From the human T2T-CHM13v2.0 reference genome, Homo sapiens, in the NCBI RefSeq assembly GCF_009914755.1, contig NC_060932.1: 64,000 nt of DNA; one strand, 5' to 3'. Shown here piece after piece: positions 28,812 through 45,073 of this stretch. The notes beneath the pieces are model-generated. The model did no database searches and had not been told where the DNA came from. It worked only from the letters and a program-made list of their open reading frames with translations. Within the stretch, counting starts at the first letter, position 1. Every line of letters begins with the position of its first letter. Position numbers and translations under genes: made by a program.

Positions 28812-29694
28812 GAGGGACTTATACTTTATTTTTATTTCATTCATTACATTTGCTTTGCTAGTTATTGAATTTATGCTTATTAATTTGTACTTAATTACTT
28901 TTTATACAGACATGGTTTGTCATTTCTTACTCCAATTTTCATATAATAAAATGGGGTTTTTGTAAATGAAATGCAAACATGATTTTCATAGAAAATATTA
29001 ACTCGACTAATTGCTTGGTAAAAACACTCAACTTTGTATTCAAAACAATATCTCAGAAACCCAGGTGCCTCATTCAACCTGTCTATATTCATTACATAGT
29101 TTATTTTTCATTTGTTTAAAAATCATATTCTAATAGTATTCTTCAAGGTAAAGTTTGTATTGTTTTGTATGCCCTGAAAGAAATTAAACTGTGTCTGTAT
29201 TGTCGACATTGTTCAACCTTCTGTTTTTGTTCTTATTTTATCTGGTCTAGAAATAGAAATAAAACCTTGGAAATGTCAAGTTATAGAAGACTGAGCATGT
29301 GTCACAATACAGACGATGTTTCTGAGGGAAAAAGTAGGAATTGGCAGACCTAGTGATTTTCATGCTATCAGCATCCATGAGAGTTTGCAGAGGGGGGAGA
29401 GATGGGCAGCCAATTAGAGGCTGAGATGAATACAGATAAGCTGGCTGTCTATAAAAATATATATTAATAAAGAGTTCAACAGCTGAATTTAAAATTCATG
29501 CAACAAAGGAAAAAAAGCAATATCTGCATCCTTTGGTTAAATGAAACAACACAAATAAATAAACAGTAAAGCTTACAAAAGTATTAACGAGCCTTCTCAC
29601 TCTCCCTTTCAGGCTTACAAAAAAATCCTAAGTACAGCAGCCAGAGGGTAGGGCTCATGACAGGCATGGGGCAGCTCCAAGTAAGTAGACTGAT

Positions 29695-29701
29695 TTCTTT
29701 C

Positions 29702-29739
<38 letters not shown>

Positions 29740-30028
29740 TTTTTTGAGATGGAGTTTTGCTCTTGTTGCCTAGGCTGGAGTGCAATGCTGTGATCTCGGC
29801 TCACTGAAACCTCCACCTCCTGGGTTCAAGAGATTATCCCGTCTCAGCCTCCCAAGTAGCTGGGATTACAGGTGTGCGCCACCACGCCTGGCCAATTTTT
29901 TGCCTTTTTAATAGAGATGGGGTTTCACCATGTTGGTCAGGCTGGTCTCAAACTCCTGACCTCAGATGATCTGCCTGCCTCGGCCTCCCAAAGTGCTGGG
30001 ATTACAGGTGTGAGCCACCTTGCCCAGC
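29695..30028 (-). mobile_element. AluSq/Sp-type SINE
   Basis: Long T/(CTTTT) tail and 'ggagttttgctcttgttgcc'. Confidence 0.93.
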
Positions 30029-30412
30029 TGGCTTATTTGTTTATTAAAAGTCCTGCTCCAGCACTGAGCATGACACTTAAAAGATGGAAGACTTTCTAAT
30101 TCATTAGAAACATCACAGGGAGAACCCTTTCCCAGTGCACAGTGGCATCATGTTTGGCAGCATGGAAACTGCCGCACTTGCTCCCCTGACCTGAGGGAAA
30201 GGGTTTACCTTGAAGCCAGCAGTGCACTGAAATGTGCCTCTGACTGGGAGTGCTTGGTCCCTGGTGGAGCTCATCTGGAGCCTGCTTGGGCTGACAGTCC
30301 ACACCTAGACTGTGCACACACTGCTGCATTCCATGCATGAACAACACTTGGCCCAGGGAGGCTTTCTAGCAAGGCAGCACTATGTCTTAGAAAGGGAAAG
30401 GGCCTTAGGGTC

Positions 30413-30777
30413 TGTATTAGTCCATTTTCATGCTGCTGACAAAGACATATCCAAGACAGGGCAATTTACAAAAGAAAGAGGTTTATTGGACTTACAGTTC
30501 TACATGGCTGGAGAAGCCTCACAATCATGGTGGAAGGCAAGGAGGAGCAAGTCACGTCTTACATGGATGGCAGCAGGCAAAGAGAGAGAGTTTGTGCAGG
30601 AAAACTCCATTTTTAAAACCATCAGATCTCGTGAGAGTTACTATCATGAGAACAGCATGGGAAAGACCCACCCCAACAAATAAATTACCTCCCCCCGGGT
30701 TCCTCTTGTGAAACTTGGGAATTGTGGAAGTTGTAATTAAAAATGAGATTCAGGGGGGACACAGCCAAACCATATCA
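30413..30777 (-). mobile_element. THE1B-like solo LTR
   Basis: tgtattagtccattttcatgctgctg...acagccaaaccatatca; TSD gggtc/gtgtc. Confidence 0.88.
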
Positions 30778-30814
30778 GTGTCATTCGTTCTGGGTTCTCT
30801 TCCTATTTTCGCCA

Positions 30815-30920
30815 TTTTGAGTGATCTTACGCACATCATTTAATGTTACTAAGCCTCAGTTTTTTCAACTGCAAAATGACCACACTTGCCTCACAGTATT
30901 GATGTGACAATCTAATAAGT
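30815..30920. mobile_element. MIR core fragment
   Basis: 'aagcctcagttttttcaactgcaaaatg...ttgcctcacagtattgatgtga'. Confidence 0.6.
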
Positions 30921-32190
30921 TTGACAGCAAATATCAAATTTAATTGTGAAATGCTAAAATCATTCCACTTAAATTCAAGACCAAGAGGAATGTTCTTTGT
31001 CATTACTTCTACTCAAAATTGAGTGGAAGATTCTAGTCAATATAGTAATAAAAAATTATGGAAAAAATAGAATGTATAGGATTAGAAAGGAAGAAACAAA
31101 AATTTGAATACTCATCTAGAGTACCATAGTTTGCCCAAAAACTCAAGATAATCTAGAAATATATTAATAGGACTAAAGAACTCAAAGGAGTTTCTAGCTC
31201 TATTATCGATATAAAAATTGATTGTACTCCCGTATGTCAGCAACAAACATACAGAAAGCATACTTTTAAAGGCATACATTTTATAATACCTGCAAGAGTT
31301 TAATATTTATAGGAATTCATCTAAAATGATATGGAGCACATTGATGAGGGAAAATGCAGTACTACTGAAAAAAAGACCAGAAAAGACTTAAGTAAATGGA
31401 AAGACATAGTGTATCATACGTGAAAACACTCAATACAGTAAAATATCATTTGCCTAAATTTACCTATCAATTCAATGCAATTTCAACTAAAATCCCAATG
31501 GGATTCCTTTTAGGGAACTTCTAAAACTGACTTAAGTGTTCATATGGAAATGCTAAGGTCTAAATCTAGTCAAGACACTCCTGAAGAAAAGAGTGGCTAC
31601 ATTAGCCCTCCTAGATATCAAGACCTGCTATAAAGCTATGGTGATGAATGTCTTGCAGAACTGTCACCAGGATAGACCAATGCAACAGGGTAGACAGCCC
31701 AGAAACAAACCCACAACACAAGGAAACTTCATAAGTAGCAGAGGAGGCTTGAAGCAGCAGTGGAAGAGTGCTTTGATGAATAATGCTGTTTATCCTTGTT
31801 GAAAGATTATAATTAGATATACATAAAAAGTAAATTTCAGGTAAATCCAAGATTAATGTGTGAAAAACGAAAAGTACTTTTACATTGTTTTTGAAAAATA
31901 ATTTCAATAATTTATGAAAACATTATTGGAGAATATTTTGTACTCAAGGCTAGAAAAGTTTTCTTCAAAAAGCTCAAAATTGTAATTATAAAGGAAAAAC
32001 TGATAAAGTCAACTATTTCAGAGCCCAACACTTCTATATTACAAAAAATACTATGACAGGTAGAAAGACATGTCTAGACTGGAGAAAACATTTGCAATTT
32101 TTCTCCAGTGACAACGGATTTGAATGGAAGATACATAAAGAACTCCTAAAAATCTATATATATATATATAGATTTCATATATATAAATAA

Positions 32191-32644
<454 letters not shown>

Positions 32645-33710
32645 CAATATATTTTTTAAATGAGAATCCTAGCTGAAAATCAAGCAAACAATATGGAAAG
32701 GTAATTCATAAAACTTATAGGACATACTAGTGGAAAATAAGCATACAAAAATACTCTCCTTTGTATTTCTTGGAAGAGAAATGAATATTAAAATCACAAT
32801 GAGACAGAATATAGCAAGAAGATTTTGCAAGTCTGACGATGCTAGGACTCCTAAGTAAGCATATGGGGACATAAAATTTCTAGCATTCAGCTAGTGGAAT
32901 TTTAAATTTGCACAACCACTTTGCAGAGTAATTTGGCAATATTTGAGAAATATATGCATACACTATGAACCAGAAATTATATTAAATACATTCACATATA
33001 CACATGAGGGTATACATTCATTGCATTCTCTCTACTGTTCTATTAAATATTTCATAATGAAAATATGCTTTCTTTGAAGGTGAAGAATGTTTGCATGTGC
33101 ATATACCCAGATGAGAAGTAATTTGAATCTTTTTAGCTAACCTGAAAACTTACCATAATTTGTGCTTCTATAACACATTATTTTATTCTTAATTGTGTCA
33201 CTAATAACCTCTCCACTTTTGGAAAATTGTTCTAGGCATTTATGTTTCCTGTTAGAAAGGGAATTATTGAATAAAAATAATTATATTTCATTCATGTCTT
33301 TATCTTCCCCACTATCATCGTCACATATTTTGCATTTAATGTGTGCTCAAAAACATTAAGAGTTTATTTGAGAAGCTTGGCGCTCACTAATCCAGGTCCA
33401 GCAAAGAAGCAGGATGTCCTTTGGGGTGAATGTCCAAGAAAGAGTCTTGGAAAACTACCCCTTTGTTTCTGAGCTACATATATGCACAAGCTCTGGTTTA
33501 TGGATTCTTCTGAATTTTTAGGACTGGATGGAATACTGACAGGATAGTGTTTAGGGACTCATCTCCATTGACATAATTCCATTCCAAACCTCCAGTGTGG
33601 GTCGGTATCCCCAATGTATTGAGACACCTTGGGAACCAGACTGTGAAACTAGAGGCCCGTTACACGGTGCACCCAGAAAGCAAACATGAACGCTTAAAAG
33701 TAGCAGTGTG

Positions 33711-34005
<295 letters not shown>

Positions 34006-34662
34006 AAAAGTAGCAGTGTGTTCCTCAGGATGAAAAGTTTATTTATTTATTTCCAGGGTCTAATATAGTAGTTACTGTCATTAAGAAGATTATGTCTAGT
34101 TTTAATGTTTTTTAACTACCCTTTTAAATGTACTTTGGACTAATCTGCTTTTGATCTAATTTTACAAATGTTTAATTGCATTCTGCTCAACCACTAAGAA
34201 AGTATTGTGATACACTGTCAGTAGTTTTGATTATATCATAAATTATGTGTTTCTGTCAAATGGTTATTTTCCATGGTTTTCCATGTCTTTTTTTGAGATA
34301 TATAAGCATAAATAACTTCAAGATATGAATAATACATCAAAGTAGAGCTCAATAGTATTAATCCACTTTTATGTAAAAATAAATTGCTACTTTTTTGGCA
34401 TTCAATTCCAACTTACTGCCTGTTCACAGTGATATCTGCTCATTTGACATTCTTGAAGAAAAACAGAACTGAGACAGCTGAAACGTATCATTCTTTCTAT
34501 AATAAAAATCTGAAATATACATCTGTCAGATGACACAGTTTCAGTATAATAGAGGGATACTCAAAAGCCAGAATAATTGATTCAACTTGTATACTTCATT
34601 GATTCTTGGCTGGGAATACATAATAGAGCCCAATATCTGGAATAATTCCTTTACCTTTTTTT

Positions 34663-34963
34663 TGCCTTTTTAAAATTAAATGTTTTATTTTTAGATTTTG
34701 TGGGTACATAGTAGTAGTATATATTTCTGGGATACATAAAGTGTTTTGATACAGGAATGCAATGTGAAATAATCACATCATAGAGAATGGGTTATCCATC
34801 CCCTCAAGCATTTATTCTTTGTGGTACAAATAATCTTATTATACTCTTTTAGTTATTTAAAAATGTACAACTAAGTTATTGTTGACTACACTCACCCTAT
34901 TTTGTGTTTAAATAGTATGTCTTATTCATTCTTTTTAACTATACATATTTTGTACCCATTAAC
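34663..34963 (-). mobile_element. L1MA 3' end
   Basis: 'ttttgtgggtacatagtag...aatcacatcatagagaatgggttatccatcccctcaagcattta'. Confidence 0.8.
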
Positions 34964-35384
34964 TGTTATATAAGTTTGATATATAGAAATCAATGTAGTT
35001 GTGATTGACACCAAAGTCCTCTGATCAACAGCCATTTGCAACCTTTTTCTCCTATGTAGCCATCCCACTACAGAAACTATGAAACTTAATCACTCATGTT
35101 CCAAGGTTCCTTTGCTTTTATGGGTGCTGAAGCAGCTTGGTACTAGCCCATATAAGAGAAATTGACTGGAGGAAAGAGGTTCTGTGCAGGTTTTGATTTT
35201 CCAACAAAAGGGACAGAAAGCCTTAAGTATAAATGTCTCCTGGTGTTCACAGTTACATGAAAAACCTGAGGCACCACACATGGCAGGAAGAGCAAGAGTG
35301 CATCAAAGAGGTTGGCTCTGCCACTGTATGAATGCCGACAGACACTATATTCACACTTCTATTTTTAAGACATTATAAATAGGC

Positions 35385-35769
35385 TGATATTGTTTGGCCC
35401 TGTGTCCCCACCCAAGTCACATCTCAAATTGTAATCCTCACATGTCCTGGGGAGGGGCCTGGTGGGAGGCGATTGAATCATGGGGGTAGACTTCCCCCTT
35501 GCTATTCTTGTGACAGTGGGTTTTCATGAGATCTAGTTGTTTGAAAGTGTGTGGCACTTCCTGCTTCACGCTCTCTCTCTCTCTCTCTGCTGCCGCCACA
35601 AGAAGACATGCCTTGCTTCCCCTTTGCCTTCTGCCATAATTGTAACTTTCCTGAGACCCCCAAGTCATGCTTCCTGTCAAACCTGTGGAACTGTGAGTCA
35701 AATCTCTTTTCTTCATAAATTACCCAGTTTCAGATAGTTCTTTACAGCAGTGTGAAAACAGATAATACA
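35385..35769 (+). mobile_element. MSTA-type MaLR solo LTR
   Basis: tgatattgtttggccctgtgtccccaccc...gataataca; TSD taggc/aaggc. Confidence 0.88.
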
Positions 35770-36119
35770 AAGGCTAAAATCTGCTCACAAACAAAAGGTA
35801 CTTCTAACTCAAACACCAAATAAATAATCTTTCTATTAATCTGGTTACTTGATTTATAAAGAATTAGTTTCTATTTTTTCACATATCTCTTACAATCACA
35901 TACTACTTTTAATTTTTTCTTTATAGTTCAGATTCTCACATCTTATGCCAGAAATTCAGTTAGCACCTTTGTCATTAGAGCATTAGATGAAAGAGTGCAT
36001 TTAGCTGATAATGGGTCCATTACCATCTGTTCTCTGTGTCTCATCCATCTTGTCTTGACACAATCTACCCCAAGTATAAAATCTGGGTCCATAAGATAAA
36101 GGGATAAGCCTCTGAATAG

Positions 36120-36307
36120 TTCTGGCTAACAGAAACTTTCTTCATGATAGCAATGCCCTTTAGTGTGCTGTTCAAAATGGTAGTCACTAGTCACATTTAG
36201 CCATCAAGCATATGAAATATGGTCAGCACAAATGAAGAACACAAATGTTAATATTACTTAATTAAAATTGAATATGTCTTTGCCTTGTGACTACCATATT
36301 GGACAGT
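36120..36307. mobile_element. MER3-like DNA transposon
   Basis: 'agaaactttc...gtgctgttcaaaatggtagtcactagtcacat...gactaccatattggacag'. Confidence 0.65.
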
Positions 36308-36714
36308 AGAGACTACAGAAACCAAGAGAGAGCAGTCTAAGTTCACTATGACTAGGGCTTTCAGACTAAATTTTAGACTTAGTTGTCTCTGGTGACTTCC
36401 CGTCTAACCAAATTTGCACATGTTCTTCAGACTTAAGTTTCTAAAGCACTAGGTGATTTCACCTGGTTGTTCAAAAGCTGTATGGGATACTCATGCCTTA
36501 AAAAATTAAATTTCAACTTCTGATATTGACATTCAAGATTCTTCATAACTTAGACTCTCTTTTTCTCCTGAAGTTCCTCCATATATATGTTTATTTTTAC
36601 CAAAATGGTCTACTCATTGTTTTCTAATACATTCATAATTTTCTTTCCTGTTTTGCAGTATTTTACCACCTGCGATGTCCTGCACGTGTCCATAGGTCAA
36701 ATTAAAAAGTTTTG

Positions 36715-37683
36715 TTATCTTAACAATATTAATTCTCTAATTCATAGACATAGAATGTCTTTCCATTTATTTAAGTCATCTTTAATTTTTCTAAACAATA
36801 TTCATTGTTTCTAGCATAAACATTTTTCAGCTCCTTTGTTAAATTTATTCATAAGTATTTTTGTTAAATTTATTCAAAGTATTTTATTCTTTTTTGATGG
36901 TAATAGAGTCATTTCCTTGATTTTTTTCATTTTGCTTATTACTAGTTTATAGGAGTATAATTGAATCTTATATATTGATGTCATATTTCTGCAATGTTAT
37001 TGAACTTGTTTATTATTTCTAGTAGTTGTTAGTGGGGTTCTTAAGACTTCCTCTATATAAGATCATGGTTTTCTTCAAACAGAAATAACTTTACTTCCTT
37101 TCCAAACTGAACAAACTGAATGCTTTTTTTTTTCATTTTCTTGCCTTATTGCATGGCTAGAACTTCCATCACGTAACTGAAGTGTTGAGAGTGGGCAACC
37201 TTGTTTTGCTCCTGATCTTAAGGGCAAAACATTGTTTTACAATATTAAATGATTATATTAGCTTTGGGTTTTACATAAGCGCCATTTTCAAGTTGAGAAA
37301 ATGTCCCTCTATTTCTAATTTGTTGAGAGTTTTCATTGTGAAAAGATGTTAAATTTTGACAAATGCAATTTCCACATATTTAAGATAATTTTGTGAGTTT
37401 TTTGCCCTTTATTCTATTGATATTGTGTATTATATTAACTGACTTTAAGATGTAAAACCAGCTTTTCAGTCTTGGGATAAATTTCACTTGGCTGTGCATA
37501 TATCATATATATGTTGCTGTGTCCTGTTTGCTAGTATTAATTGAAGATTTTTGGATCTATATTCATAAGAGATATTGGTCTTTGATTGTAGTATATTTGA
37601 CTGATTTGGGTATTAGAGTAATACTGGCCTCATGGAGTTTGTTTGAAAGTGTTCCCTTTTCCTGTGTTCTTTGGGGGAGTTTG
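36715..37683 (-). mobile_element. L1M ORF2 fragment, antisense
   Basis: 'ggctagaacttcca', 'gagagtgggcaaccttgttttgctcctgatcttaagggc'. Confidence 0.8.
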
Positions 37684-38350
37684 CAGCAGTTCTAGAAGGG
37701 AGGTTTATAGCAAAAAAAAAAACACATCAAAAAAAGAAAGATTTCAAATAACCTAAAGTTACACCTCAAGGAACTAGAAGAAGAAGAACAAACCAAGCAC
37801 AAAGTTAATGGAAGGAAGGACATACTAAAGAACAGAGCAGAAATAAAAGTAATAGAAACTAGATCAACAGTAGAAAAGATCAACTAAGAGTTGGTTTCTT
37901 GAAAAAAAAAACACAATTGCAAACCTTCAGCTGGACTAAGAAAAAAAGCCTCAAATAAATAAAATCAGAAACGATAGAGGATATATTAAAACTGATACCA
38001 CAGAAATGCAAAGGATCATAGGAAACTACTATGGACAATTTTATACCAACAAATAGGATAACCTAGAAGGAATGGATACGTTCCTAGACACATACAACCT
38101 ACCAAGATTTAATTACAACAAAATAGAGTATCTTAAGCCCAGCTGAATTCTACCAAACATTTCAAGAAGAACTATCAGTCTTCTCAAAACTTTCCAAAAT
38201 AGTTAAGAAGAGGCAACACTTTCAAACTCATTTTTCAAGGCCAGTTTGATCCTGATATTAAAGCTTTATGAGGATACTACAAGAAAATAAAACTACAGGT
38301 CAATATTCCTCATGAACATAGATGCAAAAATCCTAAAAATATATAGCTAA
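37684..38350 (+). mobile_element. L1 ORF2 fragment, sense
   Basis: 'cctcaaggaactagaagaagaagaacaaacc', 'aactgataccacagaaatgcaaaggatcat', 'gatgcaaaaatcct'. Confidence 0.85.
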
Positions 38351-38353
38351 CTG

Positions 38354-38499
38354 GGCTGGGCATAGTGGCTCACACCTGTAATCCCAGACAGGGTTTCACC
38401 ATGTTGGCCAGGCTGGTCTCGAACTCCTGACCTCAGGTGATCCACCTGCCTCAACCTCCCAAAGTGCTCGGATTACAGGCATAAACCACAACACCTGGC
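38354..38499. mobile_element. Chimeric Alu: sense 5' 34 bp fused to an antisense left-arm fragment
   Basis: ggctgggcatagtggctcacacctgtaatcccag|acagggtttcaccatgttggcc...acacctggc. Confidence 0.9.
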
Positions 38500-40963
38500 A
38501 ATTTCTGCCTTTTGATCAGGTTTTTAGACTAATTTTAAAGTGAATATATTTCTCTCAGTCAGCTCCCTAAGCATGAAAGAGTACATTGTGACAAAATTTA
38601 TCCTTACCAAGTGTGTATGGTATACTAGTGCTGCTTAATATTATAGCTAAAAAACTATTATATTTTTGTTTTGCTTTACTACTACAGGAAGCCTTGAACC
38701 TATTTTGTTTTTGATGTTATACAATAAAGTGATATGAACTTTAAACTATATTATTACAAAGTAGACGCTGCTTTTGCTCTCCAGCCAGGATACTTTAACA
38801 TCTGTCTCAACTTTCCTTGCACAAAAGAATATTAAAAATGTGTTTTGAGAATGAAAATAGCTGCTATAATAGGCTTAACAAGTCAATGTTGGATTTTTTC
38901 AAATATCTCAATTGCAGAAGCAGAAAAGTAGTGTCATGTTGATGTAGAAGATAACACATATACTATATGTATTTATCTTTCCCTACAAATTTTCAATCTG
39001 ATTATTGGGTTCTTAGTTATTGAATATTGATTCCCCTTGCTTGCTTCTATTTTTAATGTTTGTTGATAACTAACCTCAAGTATAGACTGGATTTCTGTTC
39101 CAGTCTCAGTACACAGTCAAGCATGCAAAGCCCAGTGTCCATGCCCAGTCTCTACTTTGGAAAAGGGGCAGCCCCCTGAGCTCTGTGATACTCCCAGACA
39201 TACCCATTATCTGTCTTGGCCTTTCTACTCCACAGGTAATTTAGGATTTTGTGCTAGTGTGTTTGTTGTAGGCCTGAGATTTGCATGTGTTTTGGCGTGG
39301 GGGTTGGGGGAGGGTAAGGGCAAATCTGATGGTTTGTTGATACTATCAAAAAGAAACAAGCTCACTTACGTTCCTAATCCCAGTCTTTGGAAACTTAAAA
39401 CTGTATAGATTCTTTGTAGACCTACATCAACAAGACCACTTTTCTGCTTTTGCAATTGAGATATTTCATGATCATACTATTTAAATGGCTGTAACAGAGG
39501 TCTTTATTTTTTGTCTGGTTGTTCTAGTGTCATAGCGTTTGCAAAAAATATTTGAAGATGGTGAAAGTGTTGTGGGTGGCCTCCCAAAATTATAGCTGGT
39601 TTTGAAACTACCACTGTTGCTGCTACCCATAGAGCATCTTGCTACTTGGAACACTGCCGAGGGCTTCGAGTCAACATGACTTCATATTTAAAGGTCAGCT
39701 CAGGTTTTTGGAAGTCAAGCCACTCCATTTTGGACTGCCATCCGCAACCCTGAAGCCAGTGTGGTGTGCTGGCTCCTGTAATTTCCTAGCTGTTAATGTA
39801 ATGACACATGGCTTCCAACTGTGCTTCAGTAAATTGCTTCTTCTTAAGATCCTTTACCATTCTTGGATCTCATAGTGCACACATATTTCAGTTTTAAAGC
39901 AAAAAGAAAAGGAAGAAAGAAAAAAATTCTATCTTATTGCCTGAAGGTAATTGTGTAAAAGAGCCATTCCCACATCGTGATACAAAGACTGGCTCATATT
40001 TCATGCTGATTTCTTCCCTTTGCTCACACAGGAATCTCCAGCAGTGACAAGAAGAACACATGAATATTTCATCTATAATCAAGAAAGTTAGTTTATACAT
40101 TAAACACTTTCAGGAGATACATATTTTATATGTCTAATTAATAAATTTAACCTCCATTTAGTCCAACAAAATCAGTTTAGAAGACCAAAATACTCTACTG
40201 TGGCCTTCGTCACTTACAAATAGGAAGTGATTAAATAAACGAATACATTATTTATAAAATTTTCTCTTCAAGATTGCAGAAAACTCACTCATACCATGGG
40301 AATTCTTTGAATAAAAATATAATTCGTATCTTTTCCATAGCCTACTATCATGGATATATATTTGTCAGGAGAAATGATTTTAGTTAACTTATGCAAATAT
40401 GAACTGTTTTTAAGAAGAATGGATGAGAGCAAAAGAAAATTTAAATAATTCATAAATGTCAGAGTTTTACAGAAACCAAATGAAGGATTTTAACATGAGG
40501 GAAATGAGAAGATAGTGGATTCCATTAAAAGAGACGTGTACTAAAAGTGACTGGGGAGAAATCTGATTCTTGCAACCCAAACTGCTTTAAATTTTTCAAC
40601 ATGCCATCAGTCACAATATATAAACCAAAGAATCTACTCCTAAGAATTGGTTTATTTACTGGCCCTGTTTTCACATAACAGTAATTAAACCCATTTATAA
40701 TAAATATGAAAGGATTTGGAACTATTTGCAGCAACTAATGTAAACAGTGTTCTTTACAAAAATAAAGACAAAATAAAGAATTCATGGAGATCCAGATGCC
40801 TGGATTTTCTAATCTGGATTATTTTAATGGAGTGAAGAAATCATAACTGTATTTTGTCACGGGAGGAGAGTGCAGAAGGATCTTAACCAAATGTTTAGGA
40901 TTTGCTTTTGCAGTTTTGTAAAATATAAAATGTATAATTTATGCATTAAAAATATGTAGTTTG

Positions 40964-41445
<482 letters not shown>

Positions 41446-41616
41446 TCAAATAAGTTGGTTTGCATGACTCTTCTATTTCATTTAAACTTCAAATCCTTTG
41501 AGAGCTTAGGAGGACATCCTTTACATTTTCTGCTGCTTAACATCTGAGGCAACATGATATTCAGTACTCTTAAGAAGCAGTGTTGCTTTCTTTCAAGGTA
41601 TATGACTGACTTTTAA

Positions 41617-42320
<704 letters not shown>

Positions 42321-44214
42321 TAAAGATACTATTTCAAATGCCTTGTCATTCCCAATAGTGGTGATATCTCAATAGACGGGTGATTCCTAAGCCGTCATCA
42401 ACTAGAAGGCTCTACTTAGGTGTTTTTTCCCCACTGGGTATTTTTATAACCCTCCACTGCTAGTGCAGAGGGGAGACAGTGACTAAAGGACTGTCACCTT
42501 CTTTCCAAAATGTTCTAAGATTCAAGCTTATTTCTCACATTTTCCATTACTCCCTTCCACCCCAAACGCCTATGGTGGCGCGGCCTATGCATCAGAGTCC
42601 TGTGTGCCAAGTGTTCTGTGCTTACCTGTGGTCAGAGAGAACTGCAGAGGCTAAAAATAGAAATCATTCAGATATGATCAAAGTGAACTAATGCTCATCA
42701 CTCAATTATACTTCACAATTATAACTGCTTTCCACAAGTTTTGATATATATATTTTTTTTACTTTTTAGTTTTGGGTTCAGTCTAAATATTTTATAATTT
42801 CCATTCTAATCTCTTTTTTTATGAAAGCGTATTTTTTATGAAAGTGTATGTATATGCTATCATTTTGTTAATTATTAGTTTTCTATTTTGATTGTATTTG
42901 TTATGAAGTAACATACAATGTAAAATACCACTTGGTCACTGAAATTTGTTAAAATATAAAGTGCAGCACAGGGTTTTTCAAAATGTTTCTTATTTTCCAC
43001 CAGCTCCATTCCTTCTCTTAGTATCCTTCAGAATTTTTTACTATCTTAAAATCTTGGGGTGCTCATAATCCTGTTTGTTGTGACTCTTGATTAATCTGTG
43101 TGATGTGCCATTTCCTCATATGGTTTGTGATTTCTTTATTGGGACAGGGCAACTGTTCACATCCGTTTCCTAGCTTGGGATTTCCAAACTTTAAGGCTAG
43201 TGTCAATTTGGTTGCAGACTTCCACAGGCCATGAGATAAGAGTTTCTTCTATCCCAAGCTGGAATAGAAAGGACCTTCTCTGCAGCATCCCTGGACTGGA
43301 GATCAGATTTTCCAGGTATCCTCCATGGGAAGGACGTCCTAAGGAAGCAACTTGGTTTATGCTCATAGTGTTGTCCTGGCCCCAGGCTGCACCATCCAAT
43401 CCCGAGTGTGAATTTAAAACACCAGCCTCAACTTTACTGGGCCCTATATCTGACTTTATTTTGCCCCTGGCTTGCCTTTTATATCTCTTGATTTAGGTTC
43501 CTTCTGTTATAAAACTCAGAGATTTTCTGTGTTTTTTTCTCTCATATTGAATTACATATTTCATGTTCTGTATCACATTTTGTTCAGCATTTTAGAAATG
43601 TGAAACAGAACAGGATTCTGGTTAGTTCAGTTTTCCATGTCATTAGAAATTTGGGGCATGGGTTTAAAACATAAAACGTAGTCTTGCAGGCTCTTTGCAC
43701 TTCTAGTGTCTAGGCTTTGATTTAACACTGGCCACTAGGGCTCCTTGTCTTTACTGTGCTTGGTTCATTACCATGATCAAATTGGAATGTTCTCCAGATT
43801 CATCAGCATAGATCTGTGTGGCTCCAGCCTGCTCCTTCAGCTCTGCCTCCATGCTCTGTCCTTCAGAGTTACTGGCACATCCAGTTCATGTGTTTTACCT
43901 TTATACATTTTTTCTTTCTTTTGTGGGCAAACAATATCATATTGTCAATCACATATTCCATTCCCTGACAGCTAGTCATGTTGTTTCTTTCACATGCTTT
44001 TCCAAAAAACAGATTACTTGATACTTTCCACTTCTAAACGATTCTAAATTTCTAAAAATCCAGGTTCTTTTCTAACTTGACTTAGTTCCTTTTCTCTCAA
44101 GATATCATTACCACTTCACATGTGTAAGTCTTATCAGATTACGTAGCCTTTACCCAGCTCATTTATTTTGATGTGGTACTTTCTTTTACAATCTGATTAA
44201 TGGAAATTTCTACT

Positions 44215-44262
44215 ACACACACACAAAGGCACATACACACATATACATACACACACACACAC
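44215..44262. repeat. Imperfect (CA)n
   Basis: acacacacacaaaggcacatacacacatatacatacacacacacacac. Confidence 0.85.
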
Positions 44263-44739
44263 AACCTAAAACTAAAAATAATCATTGCACTTAGACTGGA
44301 GAAATGAAGGGCAGGGTATATATATCCTTGGGAAATACTTGAAATTTTTACCATTTGCAATATTATTTTCAAGAATAAAAACATTAAAAACATAGACAAA
44401 TAAGTGTTGTACAGTAAAATATACAAAGCAAAAAGCAATTTATATGACTGAATTATAATGATGTCTATAAAGTTGGCTGAATTTTCAAGTTTTCTTGTCA
44501 ATCGACATACAGTTTTTAAAATCCTCATGTAGTCAATCCAGTTCTATTTTAAATGATAATTTCATTCTGTTATTTTAATATTTGTTTATGTTATATGAGC
44601 CAGTCATATTAACCATGTGACATCCAAGTTAACATGTGGTCAGTGTGTAAAAAATAAAATGAGCAATCACATAGGTCTTGCTTAAATGGCAGTAAGATGA
44701 AACAACGGCAAATGAATATTATGAGAAAACTAAACTTAA

Positions 44740-45073
<334 letters not shown>

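Noticed and set aside
36836-36887. ~25-bp tandem duplication 'ttgttaaatttattca(t)aagtatttt'
   Set aside because: Ordinary slippage in an old L1; no evidence of function
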